The notes beneath the pieces were generated by a model that was not told where the DNA came from, searched no databases, and worked only from the letters and a program-made list of their open reading frames with translations. From a virus, in IMG/VR virus record IMGVR_UViG_3300013120_000110, positions 1 through 64,000 of that record: DNA of 64,000 nt; one strand, 5' to 3'. This document shows positions 17,385 through 26,442 of this stretch, piece by piece; within the stretch, counting starts at the first letter, position 1, and each line of letters starts with the position of its first letter. A program made the translations under genes and the position numbers.

Positions 17385-17783
17385 TCACCAATCACACGCC
17401 TCTGTGTTTGGTGTTGCAGGGAAATCGCCACCCGTTTGCGTAAAGCTCAACCGTAGGTACTTATCTCCGGTGCTCCTGCTAGTGTTGATAAACCCCTTCA
17501 CCAACCACTCTTTGCTGTCAAACATCCAGACCCCCTCGAATAAAGGAAGATGGTTGGCGTCCTTGGCGCCAGTTGGGTGTAGCTCACCCTCGCCCTCCTT
17601 TTCGGGGGGGTTCTTGGTCCGCACCTTCACGTCATAGTTCCCAGAGCTTTGGCGCCAAGCATTAACCCAAAGGTCCACGTTACAGAGCCGACAACTCCCA
17701 GTGTGGGTGGGGTTGTCTTTCCCTGTTCCTCGGGTGTTCTTAAACAAAGCCCCAGACAAATCTCTCTGCTCAAACGGCATCAT
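17385..17783 (-). CDS. putative ssDNA-binding/OB-like protein (internally duplicated)
   Basis: SGALFKN...P.HTG...W and P.F.G...KYLRLSF motifs. Confidence 0.55.
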   Translation of the reverse strand: MMPFEQRDLSGALFKNTRGTGKDNPTHTGSCRLCNVDLWVNAWRQSSGNYDVKVRTKNPPEKEGEGELHPTGAKDANHLPLFEGVWMFDSKEWLVKGFINTSRSTGDKYLRLSFTQTGGDFPATPNTEACDW

Positions 17784-18123
17784 TCACTCCTTTTGTGTGG
17801 TTGTTCAACACCTGGACAAGCCGGGGGAGGTCGTGCAACCACGCCACCACCAACCACGGCTTTTCGTTTCTTCGATGCAGCACTACGGGTATCTCCCACC
17901 CAGTAGCATCTACCCCCGCTTGCTCAATCGCAGCATAGGGGCGGAAAGTCTCTGCCCGCTTGACCTCGAAATGCACCCCCGTAATTGAGGTTTTCACATC
18001 TGGGCTATCCGGCCCGCCATGGTACTGCCTGCCCCTGTGCGCCTCACAAGCGAATAGCTTGGTCAACGCGGCAGCGGCCTCCCGCTCACCCCGTTGCCCC
18101 TTCCGCTTCGACTTCCGCCCCAT
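17770..18123 (-). CDS. Holliday junction resolvase (PD-(D/E)XK)
   Basis: SKRKGQRGERE, DSPDV, HFEVKR, PVVLHRRN..PW. Confidence 0.85.
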   Translation of the reverse strand: MGRKSKRKGQRGEREAAAALTKLFACEAHRGRQYHGGPDSPDVKTSITGVHFEVKRAETFRPYAAIEQAGVDATGWEIPVVLHRRNEKPWLVVAWLHDLPRLVQVLNNHTKGVNDAV

Positions 18124-18601
18124 CTTCATCCTCATCACAAAGGTCAACGTCTTCGCCGTCATCAACGCACGCCTCAAGAACGGCACGCATGTTGTCATCC
18201 ATGGTGGCGGTTATATCGTCGCCATCATCTTCATCCTCGAACCAAAGATGATTAACCAGCGCCACCAGGTCACGCGCGGTATCCACCTGGGGGTTCCGCT
18301 CACAACGTAGCATGTGGCCCCTGATCCAGCCCAACCTACCCTGGACGCCGCACCACGGGCAGACAAACTCAGCCCGCTTGGGCTGCGATATGTGGCTCAA
18401 CCCATCATCCCTGATGTAGTCCAGGGCGAGTAGCGCAAGCTGGCAGGTAACGGAGGAAGCGGTGTCCTGCTTCGCATACGCCCGAGCACCACAGGCAAGC
18501 AAATCCCGCCCGTAGAGATCGAGCCCGTCCTCCGTTTGGCGCGCGTACCATTGACGGGCTTTTTTCCGGTCTAGCACGATCTGTTCTCTATCATGTTCCA
18601 T
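18086..18601 (-). CDS. hypothetical protein with C2HC Zn finger and acidic tail
   Basis: CPWC...H..RC. Confidence 0.6.
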   Translation of the reverse strand: MEHDREQIVLDRKKARQWYARQTEDGLDLYGRDLLACGARAYAKQDTASSVTCQLALLALDYIRDDGLSHISQPKRAEFVCPWCGVQGRLGWIRGHMLRCERNPQVDTARDLVALVNHLWFEDEDDGDDITATMDDNMRAVLEACVDDGEDVDLCDEDEDGAEVEAEGATG

Positions 18602-18638
18602 CGCAATTCATTCCTCATGTTAAAGTTACGCAAATACA

Positions 18639-18902
18639 CTAAGCCTTTGTCCGCTTGTCTCGGGCCCCCTTTTTATCATAGACCGGAACCCAGCGGGTCC
18701 GGCCTCGGCTGTCGGTGCGTCGGGCAACACCAGACTCCACTACACCGCGCCGCACCGCATCGAGTAATTTTTCACGGGCAGTTCTGGGTGCTATGCCCAG
18801 CAGGTCGGCTACCTCTCGGGCAGTTTCCCCGGGATCGTCCTGCGCGCGATCCGCCACATCCAGCGCTGCCCGCCACTCCGCCATAGAAATGTCGTTACTC
18901 AT
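18639..18902 (-). CDS. winged-HTH protein
   Basis: TAREVADLLGIAPRTAREKL. Confidence 0.7.
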   Translation of the reverse strand: MSNDISMAEWRAALDVADRAQDDPGETAREVADLLGIAPRTAREKLLDAVRRGVVESGVARRTDSRGRTRWVPVYDKKGARDKRTKA

Positions 18903-19726
18903 AGCCTCTCCTCTCGTGAGCGACCAATAGACCAGACCTTACGAACGTAGTAGAACTCTTCATCGCCCTGGCGAATCAAATAGCCCCCAAATTGTGGTGG
19001 GGCAATCCTGCCTCCGGCGATTTTGTAGACATACGGTGTTTTCCCCTGCCAGCCTGGGGTAACGATCCCGGCTGCATACCCCCGAGCACTATCTAGGTCC
19101 ACCACCATACTCCGATGACGGTGGGAGCGGATCGTATAGTCTGGCGGACGCTCACCCCATCGCGCTGCCTCCACGTACTCGGCGGTCATCTCGGCATTGA
19201 TCGCGCTGGCCTCATGGGCGGAGGACGACGTAGTTCCGATGTGGTGCATGATGTGGCACAACGCACGCCCGACATGAATCCATAACTCATAGCGTGCGTG
19301 GTTGCCCACCTCATCAGGCACAGCCCCCAGGCTCTTGGCTAGGGCCTCTTCCTCATTGCCACTGGCTCCAACATGGGCCTCTGTGCCCTTGATGTGGTAG
19401 TAGGCTGCGGCATCAGATACGATTGGTGATAACACCTCCTCAGCCAACTCTCGCTGATCGGTGATGTTGTGGGTGATTTGATGGGTAGAAGAGTGATGGC
19501 TTCCGTCAATACCATCCCCGTTGAAGCAAACAGCATAAGGTTCTCCTCTCGTTTTCTCAGGGACCCACTTGCCCCAGAACTCTTGCCAATAGCGCCACAT
19601 TTTTCGCTGGATTTTACTTGGCTTGTACCGACCACCCTCCGTGCGCCTGAACCCCCGGGGCGGGCAAAGCCCGAAGCAACACCCACAATGCAGGTCACTC
19701 ACAATCACCAGGTTATTGATTGACAC
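18899..19726 (-). CDS. calcineurin-like metallophosphoesterase
   Basis: SDLHCG, NGDGIDG, GTEAH, HH, SHRH. Confidence 0.85.
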   Translation of the reverse strand: MSINNLVIVSDLHCGCCFGLCPPRGFRRTEGGRYKPSKIQRKMWRYWQEFWGKWVPEKTRGEPYAVCFNGDGIDGSHHSSTHQITHNITDQRELAEEVLSPIVSDAAAYYHIKGTEAHVGASGNEEEALAKSLGAVPDEVGNHARYELWIHVGRALCHIMHHIGTTSSSAHEASAINAEMTAEYVEAARWGERPPDYTIRSHRHRSMVVDLDSARGYAAGIVTPGWQGKTPYVYKIAGGRIAPPQFGGYLIRQGDEEFYYVRKVWSIGRSREERL

Positions 19727-19727
19727 C

Positions 19728-20081
19728 TTATTCTTCCTCCCTTATCGCAAGGTAGTGGGCGGCTGTTACGCCCTGAACAGCAGCGTAGGCATCAGGCCAG
19801 TAACCGCCATGAATATCCTTGCTGTTACCACAGCAACCGTTCAGAACATGGGCCCATTCGTGTTCCAAAATCATAATCGCGTGCGAAAAATCCTCTCTGT
19901 AGTCAATGGTTATATGCCACCCCTTCTTATCGCCCCACGATTTTCCGAAATCGCCACCACCATGAGCCCGGCGAACATATACCCGCCTGCCGTCGGGTGG
20001 AGGTAGCTCATCTTCCAAAGCCTCGATGTAGCCCCGCCACTCTTCCCACTCGGCGCGACTAAACTTCCTTCTCTTTGGCAT
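19728..20081 (-). CDS. small zincin-like (HExxH) protein
   Basis: LEHEWAHVL...HGGYW. Confidence 0.7.
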   Translation of the reverse strand: MPKRRKFSRAEWEEWRGYIEALEDELPPPDGRRVYVRRAHGGGDFGKSWGDKKGWHITIDYREDFSHAIMILEHEWAHVLNGCCGNSKDIHGGYWPDAYAAVQGVTAAHYLAIREEE

Positions 20082-20646
20082 CCCATTCAGCCTTTATCTC
20101 GATTGCCAAATCCCGAGCCTGCGCGTGTAATTCATCGGGTGTCTTAGCTGTCACAATCCGGGTCCAACCGTCAAAATCTGAAAGCTGCTTATCAATCTCG
20201 GTAAGAGGCTTGAACCCTGGCCGATCTACTCTTATGAGCATCCCGCCGTTCTCCAAGACAGCCTCGGCCTCGTTGCGAAACCGCACATCAGGAATAATCA
20301 AAAGCTGGGCCCCGTAATCGTTGTGGAGCATGTACTCCAACCACGTGCGCTCATAGACTTGGTTGCGGATCGCATCGGTTCCTAGCTTGCACCATATTTC
20401 CACGGGGGTCATGCCCAGGGCCGGGAGCTTGACGGTGCGCTCATGCTCGTGCGGGGCCATGTTGTAGTAATCCTCCCCCTGTAGCCCAGCCCAGTTGTAG
20501 AGGTCATAGGCCACCTCTTTCAGCTTGGCGGCAAAACTGCGTTTGTGAGCGTTAATCCGGCGCCGTCTCAACCCCAACCAAAGCTGGTAGGCGAAAGTGT
20601 CTTTTCCTGTGCGTGAAACGTGACCAATCCCAATGTATTGCGGCAT
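20059..20646 (-). CDS. deoxynucleoside monophosphate kinase
   Basis: IGIGHVSRTGKDT P-loop, SFAAKLK, LGTD..R, IPDVRFRNE. Confidence 0.88.
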   Translation of the reverse strand: MPQYIGIGHVSRTGKDTFAYQLWLGLRRRRINAHKRSFAAKLKEVAYDLYNWAGLQGEDYYNMAPHEHERTVKLPALGMTPVEIWCKLGTDAIRNQVYERTWLEYMLHNDYGAQLLIIPDVRFRNEAEAVLENGGMLIRVDRPGFKPLTEIDKQLSDFDGWTRIVTAKTPDELHAQARDLAIEIKAEWDAKEKEV

Positions 20647-21197
20647 TACCCCCTCCAGTCTGACGGCGCGTCAGGAAAAAGCTCGGAAAAACGATCCAAA
20701 AAATCAACCTCTGCAAACCTCGGGGCTAGTGGCATAACGTGTTGCGATTCGGGCACTACTCCCCGGAGGCAAGGCCACTCTACCCCAGTCTGGGTAAGCA
20801 AGTCCCGGCGCTCTGTGGCGAGCATGATAAGATCGGCGTCGTGGACTTGCTTTGGGACAGGCCAACCGAGGTTGAAGCGTTCAGCAATGCACTTCATAAG
20901 CTGGCACTCGGTTTCCTGGTAGTTCGACAAGAACGGCTTGATTGGCTTGGCAACGTCGCAGAGATACGCTTCCGCCGCGTCGTGGAGCAACCCCCAGCGG
21001 GCGAACTTTTTGCCGACCATGCGGGAGACGTAAATACAATGCTGGGCAACACTAAAGAACTCGATACAATGCCCAGTCCAGCGGCAGACTTGGGAAAGGG
21101 CGTGAGCAATGTCATTGATGAACACATCCTCGGGTTCGGGCTCTAAAGGCCAGAACTTGTGCCCCGTGTAGGTCTGGATGTAGTCTGTGCTTCTCAT
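20646..21197 (-). CDS. HD-domain 5'-deoxynucleotidase (YfbR/YfdR-like)
   Basis: DIAHALS..CRW.GH, SVAQH, LLHDAAEAY..D, AD...LATE.RDL. Confidence 0.88.
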   Translation of the reverse strand: MRSTDYIQTYTGHKFWPLEPEPEDVFINDIAHALSQVCRWTGHCIEFFSVAQHCIYVSRMVGKKFARWGLLHDAAEAYLCDVAKPIKPFLSNYQETECQLMKCIAERFNLGWPVPKQVHDADLIMLATERRDLLTQTGVEWPCLRGVVPESQHVMPLAPRFAEVDFLDRFSELFPDAPSDWRG

Positions 21198-21931
21198 TGT
21201 TGCACCCTATAAACGGACTTGATTTTATGGACCAGTTCTTTGTCCGACCACGGCGGATCGGCATTGGTCCGGTTCCAGTTCTGAAGCGCTAACAGCGCAT
21301 CTATCTCACTCAGCCCCGCCTCCCTCAATTTCGCCGCTGCGCGGTAAGTGTCCTTGTGCCCCCCCTGCCCCGAGATCGCCCGAATCTTGGAAATGTACGC
21401 TATCCCGTCCGTCACCTTCTTTTCGTCTACCGTGTCCCAGTTTGTTGTCGGCCTCCACACCGCCTTGAACACCGGCAGGTTGCTTGGCTGGATTAGGTCG
21501 TGGCCGATAGTCCATAAATAGTTCCCGTCCGAGTGCATCGAAGGTGGCAAAAGTGCAAAACCTCCGTCCCCGCGCACGTCGTAGCGGCCCTCGACCTTTA
21601 CGCCGTTCATCACCCTGTGGCCCGGATGGCGAAAGTACAGGTGATAGCCTCTCTTGGTCTTGGCGACGGTTCGGGTTTTGCCTCGGTTGTACCAAAACCA
21701 CTTGGCGTCCACTTCGCTCTCGCAATCGACTATCACCACGTTGGAGATCGCCCCCGTGACTATGCCGAGGTTCTCGTGGGGCCACCCCTTCAATTCCTCC
21801 ACTGTAGCATGTCGCTCCTGGTACTCTTTCCACGGGATCGCCGGTTTCTTGCTGTAGAACACGGGGATGACCGATAAGCCGAACTCCGTCAGATAGCGGG
21901 TGGCACACGTCATCCAAACGGCATCCATCAT
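21194..21931 (-). CDS. bifunctional DNA primase/polymerase
   Basis: SVIPV..KKP, NLGIVTG, IVDCE, RGYHLYF, DVRGDGGF...PPS.H; PriCT-like C-terminus. Confidence 0.9.
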   Translation of the reverse strand: MMDAVWMTCATRYLTEFGLSVIPVFYSKKPAIPWKEYQERHATVEELKGWPHENLGIVTGAISNVVIVDCESEVDAKWFWYNRGKTRTVAKTKRGYHLYFRHPGHRVMNGVKVEGRYDVRGDGGFALLPPSMHSDGNYLWTIGHDLIQPSNLPVFKAVWRPTTNWDTVDEKKVTDGIAYISKIRAISGQGGHKDTYRAAAKLREAGLSEIDALLALQNWNRTNADPPWSDKELVHKIKSVYRVQQ

Positions 21932-21936
21932 CGTTT

Positions 21937-22182
21937 TTACCCCGCATTGGCTAAATCCTCTAAATTAACTCTCGCTGAACGGTTTTTCGCTGGATTCAGA
22001 AAATCGGCGCCATACTGGCTCGCCGCCGTGCGAACCCGCAACCCGAATCTATAGGGCCAAAGCGGACACCATGCCGAGTGGACCCCATCACAGGGGCAGG
22101 AAGTGACGTATTTGCGCGATCCATCTGAACATTCCAGGCAATACTGCCGAATGGCCCGTAATGGAGGCTGGGTCTTCGCCAT
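21937..22182 (-). CDS. phage Cys-rich protein
   Basis: AIRQYCLEC...C...CPLWPYRFG. Confidence 0.7.
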   Translation of the reverse strand: MAKTQPPLRAIRQYCLECSDGSRKYVTSCPCDGVHSAWCPLWPYRFGLRVRTAASQYGADFLNPAKNRSARVNLEDLANAG

Positions 22183-22304
22183 AATATCGCTCCCAGTGTC
22201 ATAACTCGTCTCTGTAGGGGGGGTCTACGCCACGGAATGGTAAAGTGGTGATTTTATACCCCCCGGAGCTTCAGGATCAAAAAAGGGCCTCCAGAGGCGT
22301 GTTA

Positions 22305-23855
22305 TCACGCCGCTTCCCCCCTCAGTGTACTCGTTGGAACCCGATCCATACGGCGCCACCAATCGCCTTCCTCCACAGGCATGAGCGGCAAGGTTCGGGG
22401 AGGCCAATACCCATACTTGTGACAAAACCAGCCCTCCGCCTGCCGGAAGGTACGCCCCGCCCGGCGCTGGCTCCAGTACATACTTCGCCATAGCTTCTCA
22501 GTGTTACTATATTGCCTAGTCACGCGGGGCCGGAGAATATCGCCCTGAATCCGCCGCAAAGTACCGTCGATCTCCACCACCCAGCGGCTTAGAGTATGGT
22601 TGATGTGCCCGCATAGGTAGCACTCCCTCCCCCAATCCCGTGTCGCCCCACACTTCGAGCAAATGATTGGGTCTAGGTTTTTCTTCTCCCGCAACCGCTC
22701 TTGCCTCTCGCCCACCACCCGGTTATTGGTAAGCTCCAGGTCCCAGACTCTATCCGCATCCAGGCTACCATGCCGCCACCAATTTCCCCCATGGTCGATG
22801 ATTATAGCCCGATCCTTACCGGGAAAAGAGCGTAGCATCCGGCCACCAGTCTGGAGGTATGAAGTGAGGGCCCCGAAGCAAGTGGCGAGACAGCCGCACC
22901 CAATCCAGGGTGCGTTAATCCCTTCCCTGAGCACGAACCGATTACAGACAACCTTGACCTCCCCTGACCTCGACATTGCCATCACCTTCTCGCGCATCTC
23001 TTGGGAGGTACTATGAAACTCACCATCTAGCCACACGTCGGAGCCGTCGATGTGGGCCGACCTGATCCCCGCTGCCCTGAACCGCTCGGCAAACCAAATA
23101 CTCTCGCGCACACCCGGGGCAAACAAGAGCGTAGGCTTTCTCGTTGGGTTGAAAATCTCCCAGTTCTTCAGCACCCGCCCGAAAATCCCATGCCGCATCA
23201 TCACTGTTGCGTTGTCCTTTTCACTCAGGTCCTTACCCACGTCGTAACGCCTGATATGTCTTAGGTCTGGTTCGTCAGGGGCGTAGGTGTCGGCGGGTAC
23301 AATCGCACCCACCTCACGCATTTCGGATGGCGTACCAGCAATGACTAGCTCATCGTAAATGTCCCCAATCCCAAGTGGTGTAGCGGTATAACCAACACAA
23401 GCAGCACCCGCGTCAGTATGCTCATCGACTATCCTCCGCATCGTGTCTTTGGTTTGTACGTGTGCCTCATCTATTAAAATCAGCCGGGCTGGATGTAAAG
23501 AGCGGCGCCCTTGCTGAAAGACCCTGCTCAATTCAGTCTGCGTCATACAGAGTTGCACGTTCCGTAAGAGAGCGGGGTCATGCCCACTAGCTCGCTTGCC
23601 GTGCTCGATCCCGGCCTCCTCCAAAAACCGGCTCGTTTGGTCGAACAACATCCGGCGATTAGTGTAGAGCGCTACTTGCCAATTTTTCGCGTGGCGGGCC
23701 CAGGCAATCATGTCCTGCATCATCTGTGTCTTGCCTGTCCCGGTGGGGGAGGTGACACAGATTCGCTTAGCTCCACTCTCAATAGCCGAGGTGGTCTGGT
23801 CTAGGGCTCGGACTTGATTGGGCCAGGGGTCTACCACTTTCTGAACTTCCTCCAC
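22305..23855 (-). CDS. SF2 (DEAH-box) helicase with C-terminal Zn ribbon
   Basis: PTGTGKT, IDEAH, TATP, LREGIN, QTGGRMLR, IIDHGGN, CxxC. Confidence 0.93.
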   Translation of the reverse strand: MEEVQKVVDPWPNQVRALDQTTSAIESGAKRICVTSPTGTGKTQMMQDMIAWARHAKNWQVALYTNRRMLFDQTSRFLEEAGIEHGKRASGHDPALLRNVQLCMTQTELSRVFQQGRRSLHPARLILIDEAHVQTKDTMRRIVDEHTDAGAACVGYTATPLGIGDIYDELVIAGTPSEMREVGAIVPADTYAPDEPDLRHIRRYDVGKDLSEKDNATVMMRHGIFGRVLKNWEIFNPTRKPTLLFAPGVRESIWFAERFRAAGIRSAHIDGSDVWLDGEFHSTSQEMREKVMAMSRSGEVKVVCNRFVLREGINAPWIGCGCLATCFGALTSYLQTGGRMLRSFPGKDRAIIIDHGGNWWRHGSLDADRVWDLELTNNRVVGERQERLREKKNLDPIICSKCGATRDWGRECYLCGHINHTLSRWVVEIDGTLRRIQGDILRPRVTRQYSNTEKLWRSMYWSQRRAGRTFRQAEGWFCHKYGYWPPRTLPLMPVEEGDWWRRMDRVPTSTLRGEAA

Positions 23856-24037
23856 CTAACGACATTTGCAATAGCATCCTTGAGAGAGCGAAGGGTATCT
23901 CGATGACATTGCGCTAAGGGAAACTCTTGCTGGAGCTTGTCGGTTGCGCGGATCGCAGCCCCGATCTGACCCTCTAGCTTACTGAATAGTCGGAGGTCAG
24001 CCTTTTGTTTTCCGCCGCCACTAGGTTCCTTCTGCAT
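23831..24037 (-). CDS. hypothetical protein
   Basis: GGAGG RBS. Confidence 0.5.
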   Translation of the reverse strand: MQKEPSGGGKQKADLRLFSKLEGQIGAAIRATDKLQQEFPLAQCHRDTLRSLKDAIANVVRWRKFRKW

Positions 24038-24296
24038 CTAAAACCTCCGGTTCTGCGTCTGGTAAACGGGGTAGAAATCTAAACGTCCTCAACATACATT
24101 CAAGGCAGAGCATATAGTCACGCCCCGACTCATAACCCCCCAACTGTCTTTGCAGATACTTAGCCGGGCCGTCTGGCCCAACCCTTATGGTTAATCCAGA
24201 GACAAAAGGAGCAGCTTGACTAGCAGCTTGCCCCCTGTCATCCACCTCATCCGGTAATGCGTCAAGGCACTTCTTACACACACCACAGAGTCGCAT
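24021..24296 (-). CDS. Zn-finger hypothetical protein
   Basis: CGVC...CLEC; AAGGA RBS. Confidence 0.55.
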   Translation of the reverse strand: MRLCGVCKKCLDALPDEVDDRGQAASQAAPFVSGLTIRVGPDGPAKYLQRQLGGYESGRDYMLCLECMLRTFRFLPRLPDAEPEVLDAEGT

Positions 24297-24324
24297 TTGA
24301 TTTTCCTTTCGATTCTCCTTGTGT

Positions 24325-24373
24325 AAAAAATGCCGGGCGGGCTTGTACTGCGGTGCGCTCCGCACCCACCCGG
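24325..24373 (-). terminator. branched hairpin followed by a U-tract (putative terminator)
   Basis: CCGGGTGGG/CCCGCCCGG stem, inner TGCGG/CCGCA hairpin, then CATTTTTT. Confidence 0.5.
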
Positions 24374-24446
24374 GCCCCCGGGGCAAACCCCTCAAGGCCA
24401 AACTAAAACGCTTGGGGAGAGGTTCTTAATCAGGATTCCTTCTAAA

Positions 24447-24568
24447 CGCAGCGGGTGGGATTCGCACCCACAATTCAAGCTCAATCTGAACCGCACTCGC
24501 TAGGTGACGGAGGCTTGACGGGCAAGGCTGCGACCCCCCACCCCGCGTGCCCTTCACGCTGCCGCCGC
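24447..24568 (-). ncRNA. non-canonical tRNA-like RNA (about 122 nt)
   Basis: Acceptor GCGGCGG/CCGCTGC, D-like arm GCGTG-AAGGG-CACGC, T arm GTGGG-TGCGAAT-CCCAC; expanded middle; no encoded CCA. Confidence 0.65.
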
Positions 24569-24569
24569 T

Positions 24570-24599
24570 TGTCATGTTTTCTTGATAAAAAACATGACA
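24570..24599. repeat. perfect 11-bp inverted repeat
   Basis: TGTCATGTTTT-N8-AAAACATGACA, immediately 5' of the tRNA-like RNA. Confidence 0.8.
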
Positions 24600-24611
24600 T
24601 TATTACTGAGA

Positions 24612-25244
24612 TTACGCTACTGCCTCCCTCTGTTGATGTGAATATGAACTGGTCACTTGCCCGCCCGCCCGGCAACAGCTTCGCATCTGTGACACGTTCT
24701 GCGACATGCAGGCATAGGCGTCCGCCGACTTGCTCGGAGCGTAGTTCATGGTGCTTTGGCCCGGAATACCAATACTAGCAGCCTCGGCAAACGCATCCTG
24801 GTTGGCCCCAAGGAATGTGAATTGCCATTGGTAGGATTGCTGCTGTGTCTCGATCATCTGTTTAATCTGAGACTTGGTAAACTCGTGCGAACTGTTCTCG
24901 TGGCCGTCCGTCACAATACCGAACACAACCAGCCCGGGCCGCTGTTCCTCTGCCATGTTAGCCAACCGAATACCCGTCTCTTTCACAGCCCGACCAACAG
25001 CGTCCAATAGGGCAGTCATGCCCCGTGGCTCCAGGTGGTACTTGGGAATGTCACGGATATTATTGCCTGAGTGGACAAACTCATACTCCGTATCGAACTG
25101 AACCAGCGAGAATAAGCACTCCCCGTCATGCTTTCGTTGTTCCTCGATAAAGTGGTTGATCCCGTTTTCAGCCTCGCCTTGGCAAGTAGCCATGGACCCA
25201 CTTCGATCTACAACCAGAGTAACGTCCGTTAAATCATTTCGCAT
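24612..25244 (-). CDS. von Willebrand factor A domain protein
   Basis: DRSGSM MIDAS, GMTALLDAVG, VTDGHENSS. Confidence 0.9.
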   Translation of the reverse strand: MRNDLTDVTLVVDRSGSMATCQGEAENGINHFIEEQRKHDGECLFSLVQFDTEYEFVHSGNNIRDIPKYHLEPRGMTALLDAVGRAVKETGIRLANMAEEQRPGLVVFGIVTDGHENSSHEFTKSQIKQMIETQQQSYQWQFTFLGANQDAFAEAASIGIPGQSTMNYAPSKSADAYACMSQNVSQMRSCCRAGGQVTSSYSHQQREAVA

Positions 25245-25258
25245 TTTCTATCCTTTCA

Positions 25259-25450
25259 CTAACTTGTGTTACAACAATCTTTGACAATCACTACATGGTT
25301 TGGACATGCAATCTTATCGTCAACCCAATGCCATCCTCCGGGCAACCACTCTTGTAGTTGTAGCGCAGTCCGAGGCTGGCTATACTCATGTGTTGCTGAG
25401 TGTACCGCATCGCAATAATCACACAGGAACTTATGCGTTACAAGCATCAT
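25259..25450 (-). CDS. small Zn-binding protein
   Basis: CDYC...GW....ACPNH. Confidence 0.6.
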   Translation of the reverse strand: MMLVTHKFLCDYCDAVHSATHEYSQPRTALQLQEWLPGGWHWVDDKIACPNHVVIVKDCCNTS

Positions 25451-26442
25451 GTTGTTGCCTCCAAGTATTCTCCACTCACGACTTTAAGCTGAACCCTGCC
25501 TATCTTGTCATGCCAGCGCTCATGGAGCGGCTTGACAACACACCCCTCGCGCATGTTCGCTGCTAACATACTGGGCCCATCGGCGTAGCTACAGACCCGC
25601 TCGAAAGCGTAGTTGATCGAGGCGAGCATCGGCACTTGAGGGATTTCGTTCATGCAAAAAATGGTCCGACAAGCCATCGCGGGCGTCCAGGTCCTATCCC
25701 TCCGCAGTATGTCAAACCCCGCAAACTTGACCTCACCTCTCTTACACCCATACCGTAGTGCCTGGACTGAACCGTAGACCTCACCGTACACGATAACGCC
25801 CTCGTGTTTCTGGCAGAACTCCTCTAGGGTGGGTGTAGCTTTGAGGGCCTTCCACCACGTGTTGTTGGGATCGTAACGCTTCCATTCTGACCTGGAGCCA
25901 CACCACATACGACCCTCAGCCCATGCGAAGCGTGAATTGGCACCGTGAATCTTCTCGGTAATCAGTACCGGCTCACGATCCTCTAATACATTGGGATACC
26001 TACGCAACGAATCTATGTCGTACTTAGGTAGCCGCGAGAGTATCCCTGGTGGATGCTCAGCCTCTCCGCCAGTACAGGCCGAGGCTAGCTCTTGCTCGTA
26101 ATGCTCGACACCATAGTAGTCGGCCACGTTGCCCCCAACGCAGCTTACCCCAGGTGGGACGGGCATTAGGAGCCCAAAGCTCACCACGCCCCTGATCTTC
26201 CGTGCCCGAACGTGGTGCTTAGTCTTAGTCCCACCACCCAGGAAAGCAAACTCAGGGCGAGTTACGTCTACCACTGAATCGGGTGGGATGTAGGCGCCAA
26301 GCTGCCCGTCTTGCCAATCCTCTGTCCGCACTACACAGGGGTAGCCCCCGTGGACACGGACAATACTCAAGCTGTCGGCGTTTGGATGAGGTTCTAACTT
26401 AACCTCAACAACTTCGGCCTTGTGGGTACTCAGTTCTGTCAT
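25447..26442 (-). CDS. RNA ligase, Rnl2/DRB0094 family
   Basis: N-terminal HPNADSL OB domain; TEKIHG, YGEVYG, GFDI, REGCVVK, LK motifs. Confidence 0.9.
   Translation of the reverse strand: MTELSTHKAEVVEVKLEPHPNADSLSIVRVHGGYPCVVRTEDWQDGQLGAYIPPDSVVDVTRPEFAFLGGGTKTKHHVRARKIRGVVSFGLLMPVPPGVSCVGGNVADYYGVEHYEQELASACTGGEAEHPPGILSRLPKYDIDSLRRYPNVLEDREPVLITEKIHGANSRFAWAEGRMWCGSRSEWKRYDPNNTWWKALKATPTLEEFCQKHEGVIVYGEVYGSVQALRYGCKRGEVKFAGFDILRRDRTWTPAMACRTIFCMNEIPQVPMLASINYAFERVCSYADGPSMLAANMREGCVVKPLHERWHDKIGRVQLKVVSGEYLEATT

Noticed and set aside
20059-21197. Z-genome (2-aminoadenine) or other base-modification cluster
   Set aside because: The HD enzyme looks YfbR/YfdR-like, and no PurZ, MazZ or queuosine-pathway genes were recognised in the window.
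22183-22304. Replication origin between helicase and primase genes
   Set aside because: No iterons or extended AT-rich tract; the gap can hold a short ORF.
24447-24568. Canonical tRNA or tmRNA gene
   Set aside because: No 7-nt anticodon loop, U8 and U55 are substituted, and it is too short for tmRNA with no tag ORF; kept as a tRNA-like ncRNA.
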